The notes under the pieces were generated by a model. It did no database searches. It saw only the letters and a list, made by a program, of their open reading frames with translations, and had not been told where the DNA came from. Below are positions 22,219 through 33,767 of a stretch of 64,000 nt of DNA, in pieces. The translations under genes and the position numbers were made by a program. The stretch is from contig CM000432.1 of the NCBI GenBank assembly GCA_000165345.1, positions 768,001 to 832,000 of the forward strand, written 5' to 3'. The stretch's first letter is position 1, and each line of letters starts with the position of its first letter.

Positions 22219-22249
22219 GCATGTACTAATGCATGCATGCATTGCATCC
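22219..22249. promoter_or_regulatory. GCATG/TGCATGCATGCA cluster in the divergent MOB1/GRWD1 intergenic region.
   Basis: Bases gcatgtactaatgcatgcatgcattgcatcc. Confidence 0.4.
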
Positions 22250-22467
22250 ACATTATAAACTTGCAAATAAAAATTTGTTAATAGACAGTGGGGGTGATAG
22301 AGATATAATTAAATGAAAGTAAAGAATGTAAAAATAAGGTTTACTAGATTTTTATATTTTATGTACTATTTTGCTTAATTTAAGGTAACTCTTCATTCTG
22401 ATAGAAAAGCTTGAGAAATTTTTTTTCAAGGTTAAAAATTTTAATAAAAAGCAAAATAAATAATTGA

Positions 22468-22475
22468 TGGCGCCA
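22468..22475. promoter_or_regulatory. E2F-like TGGCGCCA, with a second GTGGCGGAAA site at about 22546-22555, upstream of GRWD1.
   Basis: Direct reading. The sites lie 180 bp and 95 bp upstream of the ATG at 22648. Confidence 0.45.
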
Positions 22476-22647
22476 CGATGTCTGTCAGCGAGCTACCTTT
22501 ACAGGGAAATATTTGGTTTGACATTTCCTTAAAAAAATTAACAAAGTGGCGGAAATTGACTGGTTTAACTTTTTTACATTTTTGGATCATTTGCCAAAAA
22601 AAAATAGAATACTAAGATATTTGAAGTTAGAAGTATTAAGAGAAAAA

Positions 22648-24307
22648 ATGGCGACTAAGTCCAAGGTAAGTTGATTCAATTGTCCTCTAACTAATGAAAT
22701 GATGAATTTCATAATTAATAATTTGAAAAAAAAAAAATGATTTTTTGATTCAAAAATATATTTATATAACACCTTAACTAACTATTAACTTTTTGAAATT
22801 ATAGGGTAGAAAGCATCTTGAAGTGGAGGAAGACGAGCTTCCTAGTAAGTTTACTCCTAGCAAACCTAAATCTGAGATGTATGAGAAACAAGAAGCAATG
22901 ATGAATGTCGAGGGAGAATTTGCAGAAGAGATGGACGATGAAATAGAAAGCGAAGAAGAAGTAATCAGGGAAGAAACTGAAGATGGGTCTGAAATTGTTG
23001 AGGGAGCTGATGAGGATGTTGAAATTGAAGAACATTATTGGCTTCCAGGTCAGGGTGACGAAAATCAAGAATTAGTATATGAGCCAAAAGCATATAAAAT
23101 GTACCATAAATGCTTGGTTGAATGGAGTTGCCTAACACTAGATATTTTACCAGATAAGCTTGGAGACAACAGAACCCAGTTTCCGCATACATGTTATGTT
23201 GTTGCAGGAACACAAGCAAATATGGAGGATAATAATCATATACTTTTAATGAAATGGTCAAGAATGCACAAAACCAAAAGAGATAGAGACGAAAATGATA
23301 ATAGTGATTCTGATTTAAGTGATTCTGATGACTCTGATGATGACAACTTTGCTGATGAAGACCCTATTGTAAATGTGGCAGCAATTCCTCATAAAGGAAC
23401 TATTAATCGTATTCGGGTTTGCCCTCAACTTCCAAATTTGGTATCAACATGGTCAGAGCTTGGAAAAGTTTGCATGTGGGATATAACAGAATCGATTAAT
23501 AACTTAAATACTGACCATTTGAACTCAAAAACATTGAAACCATCAAACCTTGCAAAGAAATCCACAACTAAGCCAAAGTTTTCTTATGATGGACATCTGG
23601 ATGAAGGGTTTTCAATGGATTGGAATCCCAACCAAATTGCTCAATTTGCTTCTGGAGATAGAAAGGGAAATATATGTTTTTGGCAGCCTATTCAAGGAGG
23701 GTCTTGGAGTGTAAATCCAGTCCATGGAAACTTCCAATCCAGTGTTGAAGCTATACAATGGAAGCGTGATAGCAATAGTAGTAGTATCTTTGCAGCTGGT
23801 CTTGTTAATTCTAATATTTGCATTGTAGATATTAGAAGTGAGTCTGATCAACTGACTATTGAAAACTCTCATAATGGCGATGTCAATTGTATTTCATGGA
23901 ATCCATTTTCCGAAAACCTTTTGCTTAGTGGAAGTGATGATGCAACTATTAAATTATGGGATATTCGTTCAACTAAAGATCCCCTTGAAACATTCATCTT
24001 CCACAGAGAACCTATTCTATCTGTTGACTGGCATCACCAAGACCAAGATGTTTTCCTTGCAGCTTCTTTAGATAACTCCATTAGTTTCTGGGATATTGCA
24101 ATTGATGATGAAGTTATTGATGAAGACAATTCTGACTCAAAGACTGATGCCACCCTAAGTGGCACTCCAAACATCCCAAAGAAGCTTTTATTCTTACATA
24201 TGGGCCAGGAACACATTGCTGAGGCTAAATGGCACAAGCAAATCCCAAGTTTAACCATTTCAACTGCTCAAGATTCATTCAACGTATTTATTCCAAGCAA
24301 TTTATAA
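22648..24307 (+). CDS. GRWD1: Glutamate-rich WD-repeat protein (GRWD1/Rrb1 ribosome-assembly chaperone). Exon 1 is 22648..22665, the intron is 22666..22804 and exon 2 is 22805..24307.
   Basis: A 6-codon first exon ATGGCGACTAAGTCCAAG (MATKSK) ends at a GTAAGT donor. The acceptor aattatAG leads in frame into the 494-aa track ORF, whose 'M' at 22823 is GTG. The body matches GRWD1: an acidic N-terminus, then EHYWLPGQGDE..YKMYHKCLVEWSCLTLDILPDKLGDNRTQFPHTCYVVAGTQ and WD repeats (WD..D). Confidence 0.8.
22666..22804 (+). other. GRWD1 5' intron (139 nt, GTAAGT..TATAG, phase 0).
   Basis: The donor is GTAAGT at 22666. The acceptor AG is at 22803-22804. An in-frame TAG at 22802-22804 explains why the track ORF starts just downstream. 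Confidence 0.6.
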
Positions 24308-24474
24308 CTACAATATACTAATTTTCCCTCAATAGAGCCCTTTATTTTTATTTGCCACTCATTCCTTCCTTTTCTTCTCTTTTACTTCATTGTTTTTCAA
24401 TCTAAATATTTTCTCACTAAAAAACTGTATTTCCCCCCTTTGTATTAAATAGTCTTAAAGTGACGCAAATTAAA

Positions 24475-24487
24475 TTTTGGCGGGAGC
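24475..24487. promoter_or_regulatory. E2F-like TTTTGGCGGGAGC upstream of the 24611 ORF.
   Basis: Direct reading, about 125 bp upstream of the ATG at 24611. Confidence 0.4.
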
Positions 24488-24610
24488 ATTTTATGTAATA
24501 TTTGTTTGGAATCAAAACTTGAGGTATATATTGAGAATAGAAAAGGACCATTAGGGCAGCTAAATTTAATAAATATTTGCATTAAAGAAGTGCTTGAACT
24601 CTTGTTAGAT

Positions 24611-25210
24611 ATGGTTTCAGATGGTTCGTCATATTATTCTGAGGATTCAGAGAGAAGTTTGACATCTGAGGAGGAGAATTTCTCAGAAGGTAGTTGGGAA
24701 GATGAAGAAGACGCAGAGTATATATTTAATTCAAGAGAAGTTTTTGGCTTAAAACTAATAGCGGATGACAAAAAAACAATTAAACCTTTAGACAATGGAG
24801 AATTTCATGTTGATGGATCTGATGGAGTATCACGATGGATAAGGGTCATGATTGACAGTAGTATTCAAACTGAGCATAAAAAAGTAATAGAAGAAATTTT
24901 GAACAATGTATTTCAAGGATTTGGAGTTTCTAAAGATTCATCCAAAATAGAATTCCCTGCAAAAATCAAAATTAAAAACAAAAAGACTGGTATTGAGGAA
25001 TGTTTAATTCTTGACTTCCAACTTCCAAGAGGAGATGAAATTTTATTGGCAGAAACCCCTTCGGAAAGTAAGCCAGTAGTAAACTCACTAATGTCTCACT
25101 TGTATATCTACAAGTATAATGAGGATGGACTCAAATTCAAAAATTATCATAAAGACCAAAAGGTTGATGATGGATTTGGTTTCAAAACGTGGCATAAGTA
25201 CAGCCATTAA
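24611..25210 (+). CDS. Hypothetical protein with an acidic N-terminus and no recognisable domain.
   Basis: The track ORF begins at a TTG at 24506. The first ATG is at 24611, giving MVSDGSSYYSEDSE and 199 aa. The 5' exon structure is uncertain, because a tttcag lies immediately before the ATG. Confidence 0.4.
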   Translation: MVSDGSSYYSEDSERSLTSEEENFSEGSWEDEEDAEYIFNSREVFGLKLIADDKKTIKPLDNGEFHVDGSDGVSRWIRVMIDSSIQTEHKKVIEEILNNVFQGFGVSKDSSKIEFPAKIKIKNKKTGIEECLILDFQLPRGDEILLAETPSESKPVVNSLMSHLYIYKYNEDGLKFKNYHKDQKVDDGFGFKTWHKYSH

Positions 25211-25421
25211 TAATATGTACCAGTCACTTATTAGCTAAAATAAATATTTATAGTTTAACTTTAAACTCAAATGTATAAGTATATATATTTAAAAATTAAA
25301 ACTTAATCTTTCTAAACTCTAAATGTATCCTATATAATCGAAATTAAAAACCAGGTTCTCTATTTACGAAATTTAAAGCTCCCCTCCTCTTTTCATATTA
25401 ATGTTTAGTATTTCTCACTCT

Positions 25422-26168
25422 TCAATAATGAAGTTGAGCTACTACACTTTCTTTAGGAGGACTCCCTTGATACGCATTCTGATTGTTTTGAGAATAGCTT
25501 TCATTCAATCCATTTACATCGATTGCTTCCAAACTTGGCTTCAATGCCTCATCTATATCAACATAGTCTGGGTATGGATTAACTCTTTCCGAGATTGAAT
25601 ATCCTTTCATTCCTTCTTTATAAACTATATGAGAAATACGGATGCACTTTCTATTACCGCAAGACATCTGAAAAGGTTCATTAACTCTAATTGTGGACAT
25701 CTTGAGAAAACTACTTGGGGAGTCACATCCAGGGATTTTTCCAAATAAATATGCTAGTACATTGGAGGTATATGTTATCCAAGGTTCATAGGTATTTGGT
25801 AAATGTACTTTAACTGCAGGGCAATAGTTAAACTTATTAATAGGTCCCAGCCATTCACAGCAATCATTAAAAGCTCCTCCGTACTTTGAAGGGTCCATCA
25901 TAAATTGAAGCTTAAAGTGGGATGCATCTTCTAGAGGGCTGTCATTTCTCGGAACATCCTTGCAAATTGAAAATAGTAATTGCTCCTGAAGCTCATTTGT
26001 CGGCCAAAAATACCTAAGTCTACTTACAAGCTCGTGATCTAGGAATATCCTCTCTTTTAGTGCTATTACAAGCTCCCTCACTTCGGTGTCTGTTCTTCTT
26101 AAACTGGAATCTGGAACTGTAATCTTCACTGATCTACTATTAACATTATCTCTGATTTTGTTGTTCAT
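25422..26168 (-). CDS. Hypothetical conserved-looking globular protein of 248 aa with no family assigned.
   Basis: The ORF is clean with ATG at 26168 and has non-repetitive composition (W/C/P/Y-containing). It shares a 390-bp divergent promoter with the BEACH gene. Confidence 0.45.
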   Translation of the reverse strand: MNNKIRDNVNSRSVKITVPDSSLRRTDTEVRELVIALKERIFLDHELVSRLRYFWPTNELQEQLLFSICKDVPRNDSPLEDASHFKLQFMMDPSKYGGAFNDCCEWLGPINKFNYCPAVKVHLPNTYEPWITYTSNVLAYLFGKIPGCDSPSSFLKMSTIRVNEPFQMSCGNRKCIRISHIVYKEGMKGYSISERVNPYPDYVDIDEALKPSLEAIDVNGLNESYSQNNQNAYQGSPPKESVVAQLHY

Positions 26169-26293
26169 CTCTACAGACTTAACAATTATATTACATTAAC
26201 TAATTAACTTTCTCCAACTCAAAATTAATATACGTCTTGTTTGACCGTTCTAAACTTACCATTATCTTTCATGCAATAATACATTTTACACAT

Positions 26294-26376
26294 TTGCCGC
26301 CAAAACTGGGTGTACTGTGCAAATCATACTACACACAGTTACCTTTTTTAGTCCATTAATGATTTTGGCGGGAACT
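26294..26376. promoter_or_regulatory. Two E2F-like sites, TTTGCCGCCAAAA at 26294-26306 and TTTTGGCGGGAAC at 26364-26376, in a 390-bp bidirectional promoter.
   Basis: Direct reading. The region lies between the minus-strand gene starting at 26168 and the plus-strand gene starting at 26561. Confidence 0.45.
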
Positions 26377-26560
26377 TTCTGTAAGGTGGGAAAGTTCACT
26401 AGGATGGATAAGTAATGAACTGGAGTTGATCATCCAATTTTTTGAATATTTGGGGTGAAGAGCATCATTCATAAGTTATTAAAGTGAGAGTAATTGGAGG
26501 GTAGAGGAGGAAATAAAGGTTAGAGTGAAAACTCGTAAGACCATATAGGGCTTATTGAAA

Positions 26561-29500
26561 ATGGCACTAAAAGGAGTGAGGCAGTTTTCGCATTTAACAT
26601 TGGAAGAGAATGAGGAGTATGTTGCTGATGTATCATGTGTCTGTAAAGCCACAGGAATTCAAATAAAAACATTTGGCAGTGTATTAAAAGGAAGAATCAG
26701 GATTGGGAGTAAAAGCATAATCATAGAACCTGATGACTCAACAATTACTATGATCAAGATTCTCTTTAGTCAAATTACAGATATGAAGCTAGATTTTTCT
26801 AATTCAAAGATGATTATATTTACAAAAGTCGTTCGACTTGTAGATGTGCAGGTAATTGATGGTAAATCAAGAAGTGTTACTCCCAACCAAGTTTTATCTT
26901 CTAAAGATTGTCGAGGCCTTGAATCTAATCGAGACTCTTTCGAGCTTGAAATCACTATTACAAGTGAAATAGCGCAGCACCTAATGAATCTTTCTAGTGA
27001 ACTTTGGATGGAACACTCTAAAAAGCACGGTTCTTCTAATAAACTCGAAGATTTAGTGGGAAAATGGATTAGTTTTCTATACAATAAAGAAATATTGAAT
27101 GTTGAATACGAGTTTCTTTTGGACCACAGAGATCAATTTCTCATTTCAAAGCCTCTAATTGTGAATCGAATCAAACCCTTTACAAAGCATAGAGGGATTC
27201 TACATATTGTTTCTTCAGGAATATGCTTTAAGCCTCTTCCAAACTTCTCAAATAAGCCTTACAAAAGAATTCCGTTGAAAAATATTTGGTTTATATTCAA
27301 AAGAATTTACTCAATGAAGCCTAACTCTGTAGAAATTATATATGGAAAAGAACTTAAGCCTCATATTATGACATGCAAAGGGCGAACAAACTGGAGAAGC
27401 CTTTTTCTAGAATTTCAGTCCACCCAAGATAGAGAGCATATTGTGGCTTTCCTTCAGTCGTACTTAATGAGCTTGAATAGCAAAGGATTTCAGTGGAGCA
27501 GTCATGTACCTCAATATGCATCATGCTTATGCTCATCTCATAATACCTCATCTTGTTTGCCTATGCTTTTTGTAGATCCATTATATGCCAGTCAAAGCCC
27601 ATGCTTTAAGAATCATATCCAAAATCTTTGGATACATGGCTCAATATCTACATATCATTATTTAGATTACTTAAATAGCATTAGTGGAAGATCAAAAGGA
27701 GATTTAACGCAATATCCCATTTTTCCATGGACTATCGTAAGCTTTAATTCAGTATTGAATTCAAGGCACGATCTTTCTCAGTCTTTCAATTACAGAGATT
27801 TATCTAAGCCTTTGGGTTCTATTAATATAAATAACCTAGAGATGCTTAAAAGCAGGATGAAGGACCTCCCAGCCTCGGAACAATTTTTATATGGGTCTCA
27901 TTATTCTACCCCAGGATATATTTCTTATTATCTTGTTAGACAGTTCCCAGAGTACCAACTCAAGTTACACGGAGGAGATTTTGATGTATGGAACAGAATG
28001 TTCCACTCTATGAATGACACTTGGAGAACCATTCTTGAAGGCAAAACTACTTATATGGAATTAATACCTCAATTCTATGAGCAAAATCCCGACTTCTTAT
28101 TAAACAATAAACTTAATATCCGAACCAACTCTGGGTCTTTACTTAATGTTCAAATCCCAAACTGGGAGCTTGAAACTGGCCAAAACCAGTTTAACGCAAG
28201 TACACTGAATACGGCTAATCTGAGTCAGGCTGAGACATTTCTAAGGACAATGAGATATGCACTTGAGGGACAAGTGGTGAGTCAACATATTCACGAATGG
28301 ATTGATTTAATTTTTGGGTTCAAACAAAGAGGGCCTCAAGCTTATAGTTCTGATAACCTTTTTCATCCAATTACATATATTAACTCTTCAATAGCTATGA
28401 TGAATGATAAATCACCTGTATACGCAGTTCAGGAATATAATAATGAGGGAATCAGCAATATCCAACAGGAAATATATACAAGGAGAACAATTGATGAGAA
28501 TGAGGATATTGCCTTGAAAGCTCAAGTTGAAGAGTTTGGACAAGTGCCTATAATGCTTTTTAATGAGCCACATCCTAAAAGAGGTATAACTTCATTTGAA
28601 GAATCAACCATCATGCAACACTTAAATCACGAATGCGCTAATATGCCTTGGTTCGTCCTATTTAAAAGTAATCCCCAACTTTTGGAAGCAAAATATGACT
28701 TTAATCAGAAATTAGACCAGCAAAAACACGAAGAGAGCTACTTAGAGAAGGGTATTGTTTCTAGTTCATTGCTTGATTTACAAAGCCACCTCAAGCCAGT
28801 TAAGGCTTTGAATAGCGAATTTTCTAATACTACAAATAGAATGGATGCGCTTAAGAGAGACATAGTTTCTCAGGAGAATATATTAAGATCAAACTACAAA
28901 CTAGGAAAAGATGAATTTGATAATAGTAAGGAGAAGTTTACTTTGGATGAGAATAATGGGTTTATGTTGTTATTTACAGAAGACTATTGTAATTTCAAGG
29001 GTGGCTTTCAAAAACTGGATTTATCAAAGATTATTCAATTACAAGAAAGTGCTAATAGTAAGACTCAATTCACTTTTCTGACATCAATTTATGAGAGGCC
29101 CGGGGAGTTCGTACTTTTGGCATTACTAGATCAGTTTGAGGAGAGGTTGTTGTTTTACATTTCAGTGTATGGGTTTGAAGAACTTGGATTCAAGTGCATA
29201 TATTCAAGCAAACAAGATCTTTTCGAGAACAAGGCAATATGTATTGATTTGTTGGTATGTAACGAAGGATCAGCCTATGTAACAATTGGAACTTTGTCAG
29301 GAGATTTGATTTACCTGAGGTTTAAACTTTCTAACAAGGCTTCAACATATAACTTGACAAACTCAGAACATGGCTTTAATAACATTTTTGTAATGGCTCA
29401 AAAAGAGAAAGTCCTAAAACAATTCAATATGGGAAATGTAAGTCTATTATTCAGTATTGAATTCCATCAAAGCGATTGCTATATTGTGGCAGTTTCACAA

Positions 29501-30541
29501 GGAGGTATTATGTTGGTAAGTAAACATTCAATTGATAACCGACAGGATTTCCGTAAATCGATTTGGTTTCCCATTGTGGATATTCCACTTAGATATGAAA
29601 AAGTTTCTTCCATAATTCAAATGGATCTAGTAAATCCTGAATTACAAAGTTTGCACATGGATAGTCCAGAGAACCACAAGAATCATAGAAGCCCGGATAG
29701 AAGCACTTCCAGATTTGGAAAAATTACAAAAGATATTGACTCAAGTGGTTTTTGTTTCTCATGCATATTATCTGACTTAGGTGGTAAGAAGCAAAGACTT
29801 TGGAGCTTCGGTGGACAAGACAAGCTACTTTCTTTGGACTTAATTGGAATGTTGAATAGTGTTTTCTCAGTTCAAGGGAATAGTCGGAAAGAAAATGGAG
29901 GAAATATAAATAACAACCTTAGCAATGATGTCATTACTATTGAGAGTGGCTCTGGAAATCCTCAAAGCTTTGGATTGAAAGATATCGAAGAATCCCAAAA
30001 AGTGGAGTGGATATTTCTTAAAGAAAAGAACCTCGTTCTTTACGTTGGATTTAATAGTCCTGGTAATCTGACAATATTAGTCTTTTGGGACATTCAAAAA
30101 AAAGTAGACGCCAAAGTTCACAAGGTCATCTTCATTCCTAGTTTATTTACAGAGTCAGTTTGCTGGGATAAGTACAGAAAAGGACTTTTAATTCTAGGGC
30201 GTCAAATATCGAATGCAGACACAAAGTCTCAATTGCAAACAGAGGATAAAACTGGGTCAAGTCAAAGTATCAATAACGAGGAAGGAAACATATACTTTCT
30301 CCAAGAGAGACATTGGACCTCCAAGAACAATAATGCTTTGCAAATACTAACACTTAAAAGTTCATTTGAGCTACTGTTAAATATGAACATAAGGAGAACA
30401 TTCTCTCTTGACCACAATTCGCCAGATTTTAAACGTTCTACTATAAAATGCACGGAAAAACTCATAATACTGAATTCATATTTAGCATTCCTTGTTTTTA
30501 AAATCTCCAAAAAAAACCAAACAACCGAGAACCTCGGATGA
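26561..30541 (+). CDS. BEACH-domain protein (FAN/neurobeachin-like family) with a GRAM/PH-like N-terminus.
   Basis: The ORF has its first ATG at 26561, while the track starts at a TTG at 26555. It carries BEACH signature blocks: ISTYHYLDYLNSISGRSKGDLTQYPIFPWTI, YGSHYSTPGYISYYLVRQFPEY and HEWIDLIFGFKQRG. The product is 1326 aa. Confidence 0.85.
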   Translation: MALKGVRQFSHLTLEENEEYVADVSCVCKATGIQIKTFGSVLKGRIRIGSKSIIIEPDDSTITMIKILFSQITDMKLDFSNSKMIIFTKVVRLVDVQVIDGKSRSVTPNQVLSSKDCRGLESNRDSFELEITITSEIAQHLMNLSSELWMEHSKKHGSSNKLEDLVGKWISFLYNKEILNVEYEFLLDHRDQFLISKPLIVNRIKPFTKHRGILHIVSSGICFKPLPNFSNKPYKRIPLKNIWFIFKRIYSMKPNSVEIIYGKELKPHIMTCKGRTNWRSLFLEFQSTQDREHIVAFLQSYLMSLNSKGFQWSSHVPQYASCLCSSHNTSSCLPMLFVDPLYASQSPCFKNHIQNLWIHGSISTYHYLDYLNSISGRSKGDLTQYPIFPWTIVSFNSVLNSRHDLSQSFNYRDLSKPLGSININNLEMLKSRMKDLPASEQFLYGSHYSTPGYISYYLVRQFPEYQLKLHGGDFDVWNRMFHSMNDTWRTILEGKTTYMELIPQFYEQNPDFLLNNKLNIRTNSGSLLNVQIPNWELETGQNQFNASTLNTANLSQAETFLRTMRYALEGQVVSQHIHEWIDLIFGFKQRGPQAYSSDNLFHPITYINSSIAMMNDKSPVYAVQEYNNEGISNIQQEIYTRRTIDENEDIALKAQVEEFGQVPIMLFNEPHPKRGITSFEESTIMQHLNHECANMPWFVLFKSNPQLLEAKYDFNQKLDQQKHEESYLEKGIVSSSLLDLQSHLKPVKALNSEFSNTTNRMDALKRDIVSQENILRSNYKLGKDEFDNSKEKFTLDENNGFMLLFTEDYCNFKGGFQKLDLSKIIQLQESANSKTQFTFLTSIYERPGEFVLLALLDQFEERLLFYISVYGFEELGFKCIYSSKQDLFENKAICIDLLVCNEGSAYVTIGTLSGDLIYLRFKLSNKASTYNLTNSEHGFNNIFVMAQKEKVLKQFNMGNVSLLFSIEFHQSDCYIVAVSQGGIMLVSKHSIDNRQDFRKSIWFPIVDIPLRYEKVSSIIQMDLVNPELQSLHMDSPENHKNHRSPDRSTSRFGKITKDIDSSGFCFSCILSDLGGKKQRLWSFGGQDKLLSLDLIGMLNSVFSVQGNSRKENGGNINNNLSNDVITIESGSGNPQSFGLKDIEESQKVEWIFLKEKNLVLYVGFNSPGNLTILVFWDIQKKVDAKVHKVIFIPSLFTESVCWDKYRKGLLILGRQISNADTKSQLQTEDKTGSSQSINNEEGNIYFLQERHWTSKNNNALQILTLKSSFELLLNMNIRRTFSLDHNSPDFKRSTIKCTEKLIILNSYLAFLVFKISKKNQTTENLG

Positions 30542-30952
30542 GCTACTCAAAGCAATACTTTGAATAGTAGAAATAAGCCTAGTATAACTTTTACTCTACT
30601 CTCGCACACCACTTGTTTGTCTATTTACTAATTCATAGCAAAAATGCATTTACCGCCCCCACTTCGTAATTGCATGCAAAAATCACATCATCCACATGTA
30701 ATCTCCTTCGAGTGCTTTACACCAGCAATATAGGCGGGAGGGGAAAAAAGAATGATACCCATTCGGAATAGATGACCAAGGATTGACCAACTGAGTATAG
30801 AAAAGTTAAAAGTTATTGATTTGAGAATAGCTTTTTCTGGAAAAGGAAATGAACTGGAGGAAATATTACTAGTAATAAATCAAAAAAAGCAAAGGGATCT
30901 CACACAGAAAGAACTTCAAGGGGGGTAAGCTTAAAGAGAAGAATTCTCTCAT

Positions 30953-33253
30953 TTATAGCTTATTTCCTAATTTGTTGTTGATTATTACATAAAGCTTCTC
31001 GACTTTGTCCAAGTATACCTTGTTTGCCTTGTGTCTCATAAGCTTGTTTGTTGGGGTTAATAGGCCATTTTCAACTGTGAACCCATCACATTCAAGATAA
31101 AAATCATTGACCTTCTTGAATCCCTTTATTCCTTGCTGGTCTTCCACATGTTTAAGAGAAGCAATAATTTCTTCACGGAGAGGAGTATTGGTGTTTTCTT
31201 CAAAGTATTTTGTGTTTGCTTCAGTACATATCTGTTTAAATTGAGCTTGCCAATCTGAGGAAATAATTACCCCATTTTTTTTTGACCAATCTTTAACGAA
31301 CTCGGAATCTGGAACAATTACTGCAACAATCACAGACTCTGTAGTTTTAGCGGTGATGAACATTTGTCCAACTATTTGAGAATGAGCAATATAAATATTT
31401 TCAAGAGTCTCTGGTGAGATATACTCACCTTGAGAAAGCTTGAATAAGTGTTTTCTTCTGTCAATAATTCTAATTGCACCGCTGTCAGTCAATTCGGCAA
31501 TATCTCCAGTATGTAACCACCCATCCTTGTCAATAGCCTCGGCTGTTTCCTTTGGCTGTTTAAGGTATCCTTTAAAAATAGTAGTACCTCTAATCAAAAG
31601 CTCACCCCTTATTGGATAGCTTTTGGCATCATAGTCCATTTCTGGAATACTCAAAAATCTAAATTCTATGCATGGAATTGGTCCTCCAACATTGTTCACG
31701 CTCAAGTCTGTGAATTCTGGACAAAACGCAGCTAGAGCCTCTGTTGTACCATACCCCTGTACTACATGAGTTCTCAGTAAAGCCCTCATATCTCTCTGAG
31801 TATGCTCATCCAATGGAGCTGCTCCACTTAATGTAAACTTAATCTTCCCTCCAAGAACGTTGCTAATCTTCTTAAATGATAAAGAATCATATAGCCAGTG
31901 CTTGACTGGATGATTACTATGAACCTTTCTTCTTAAAATCTTGAAGAAAAACTTCTGTACGCCATCACTCTTCTTCCTTACTTCTTGTAGTACTTTCCCT
32001 TTATAGATTCGTGTAAACAATCTTGGGACAGCTATAAAGACCGTTGGTCTTGCAGCCTTCATATCATCTCCAATCTTCAAAATATCTCCTCCATAGAAAC
32101 AAATTGTGCCTCCTGAATAAATTAATATATGGTTCACCTCGCGTTCAAAAATGTGAGCTAATGGTAAGAAACTTAGATACCTGTCTTTTGGTCCAAGAGT
32201 GCAGTCTGATCTATTCAAAAATGATCTAAGAGAAGCAGATGCTCCTGCAATCCAATTCCCGTTTGTATGAATTGCACCCTTTGGAACTCCTGTTGTACCT
32301 GATGTGAAATAAATTGAATTAACATCATCATAACCTGAGGGAGTTGGTTCCTTCAAATTCAATTCACCAAGCCTCATCACTGCTTCAAATGTTACAAAAT
32401 TTACGTGACTCGGAATCTCATACTTTGAAAGTGAAACCTGGACACCATAAGCTTTGAGGGTATCCTTTGATAATTCCACTTTATCTAACGGATATTCTAC
32501 ATCGCCTCCATCTTCTGGCCTTAGTAAAACAATATATCTGATCCCTGGGAGCCTTGGAAGTACATTCAAAATAGTGCTCAAAGCTTCCATTGAAACTACC
32601 ACTGTTGAAGAGCCTACCAAATTAATACTATGTGCTACTCCGTCTGGGCCTAAAGCATCATACATTGGACTTAATACCATTCCGTAAGTAGAACAAGCAA
32701 TTTCTGTCAAACTCCATTCCAGTCTGTTCTTAGACAAAATAGATACTGTTCTTATCGGTTTCTTAATATCTGGTGAATGGTCCACAAAAGGAGCTGAATC
32801 CTTTAATGATAACAACCCTGAACCAAATTCAGCAGCCAATTTCAAAACCGACGAGTATCTAAACCATTCCATTAAAGGAATTCCCTTTTTCTTCTTTTTT
32901 TTTGCTATCTTTGCATCATCACTCTCTGCCAATTTCGAAATTGGGTCATAGTCCAATGTCTTTTTCACTTGTCTTCTACCATACATATATCCATCCATAC
33001 TTGTTACCATACCACGTTTTATTAAATCTATCAAATTTGTTATTGATTCTTCAAAGTTGGCGATCAATTCAGCCTTGTGTTCTCTATGTCTGTAAATTGC
33101 ACTCATTAATGGATGATCATCAGTGCCTTCAACTGCCACGGAATGGATTGCATTCTTCCATCTTCCAAGGTAGTATTTACTCTTCATACTTCCTATTAAG
33201 TTTATCGACATCATAAACGCAAATACTAACAATGCTAATCTTAGAATCTTCAT
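30953..33253 (-). CDS. Long-chain fatty-acid-CoA ligase (acyl-CoA synthetase) with an N-terminal signal/anchor sequence.
   Basis: The ORF is 766 aa. It has the AMP-binding motifs YFTSGTTGVPKGAIHTN, GYGTTE and TGDIAE. Hydrophobic N-terminus: MKILRLALLVFAFMMSINLIGS. Confidence 0.9.
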   Translation of the reverse strand: MKILRLALLVFAFMMSINLIGSMKSKYYLGRWKNAIHSVAVEGTDDHPLMSAIYRHREHKAELIANFEESITNLIDLIKRGMVTSMDGYMYGRRQVKKTLDYDPISKLAESDDAKIAKKKKKKGIPLMEWFRYSSVLKLAAEFGSGLLSLKDSAPFVDHSPDIKKPIRTVSILSKNRLEWSLTEIACSTYGMVLSPMYDALGPDGVAHSINLVGSSTVVVSMEALSTILNVLPRLPGIRYIVLLRPEDGGDVEYPLDKVELSKDTLKAYGVQVSLSKYEIPSHVNFVTFEAVMRLGELNLKEPTPSGYDDVNSIYFTSGTTGVPKGAIHTNGNWIAGASASLRSFLNRSDCTLGPKDRYLSFLPLAHIFEREVNHILIYSGGTICFYGGDILKIGDDMKAARPTVFIAVPRLFTRIYKGKVLQEVRKKSDGVQKFFFKILRRKVHSNHPVKHWLYDSLSFKKISNVLGGKIKFTLSGAAPLDEHTQRDMRALLRTHVVQGYGTTEALAAFCPEFTDLSVNNVGGPIPCIEFRFLSIPEMDYDAKSYPIRGELLIRGTTIFKGYLKQPKETAEAIDKDGWLHTGDIAELTDSGAIRIIDRRKHLFKLSQGEYISPETLENIYIAHSQIVGQMFITAKTTESVIVAVIVPDSEFVKDWSKKNGVIISSDWQAQFKQICTEANTKYFEENTNTPLREEIIASLKHVEDQQGIKGFKKVNDFYLECDGFTVENGLLTPTNKLMRHKANKVYLDKVEKLYVIINNKLGNKL

Positions 33254-33752
33254 ATCTATTCTTTATTGATATTTGTTCTCTTAATATCACTGTAATTAAA
33301 TAATCTCTAATTGGCTTTACAAATAGTTAAAACGCTGCTTCTTAATTAAATTTTACAATTAATTTGGCTTTATTTCCTTAACTAAGAATAAAAGTTAATA
33401 TTTAGAGACTATAAAATATGCTTTTAAAGCATTAAACAACTTTTCTTAATCCCTTAGTTTCAATTCAAGTGTGTAAACTGGTTTACCACTTATAAATTGT
33501 TACTATTCCACAAAAATAATATATCTTTGTAGTTTAAATTAAATATAACTTAATTATTGTCTAATTAAAATTATTACTAATTTGTATACTACGCACTATT
33601 TCTAATTATTTTGTTAAAAGGGATAACATGAGTTCCTATTTTGCCTACTAAAATCCATTATTAATTAATTTATACGCTATGTTTTACTATTAATATTTAT
33701 ATTTAAATACTTGTACGCTATACCGGTAGACCTATAGACCTACTTTCTATAA

Positions 33753-33767
33753 ATGCCGCCAAAAAAA
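33753..33767. promoter_or_regulatory. E2F-like ATGCCGCCAAAAAAA about 500 bp upstream of the acyl-CoA synthetase gene.
   Basis: Direct reading. Confidence 0.35.

Noticed and set aside
17243-26561. Track start positions at 17243, 21917, 22823, 24506 and 26555.
   Set aside because: These 'M' residues are TTG or GTG codons. The true first ATGs are 17258, 21905, 22648 (via the intron), 24611 and 26561.
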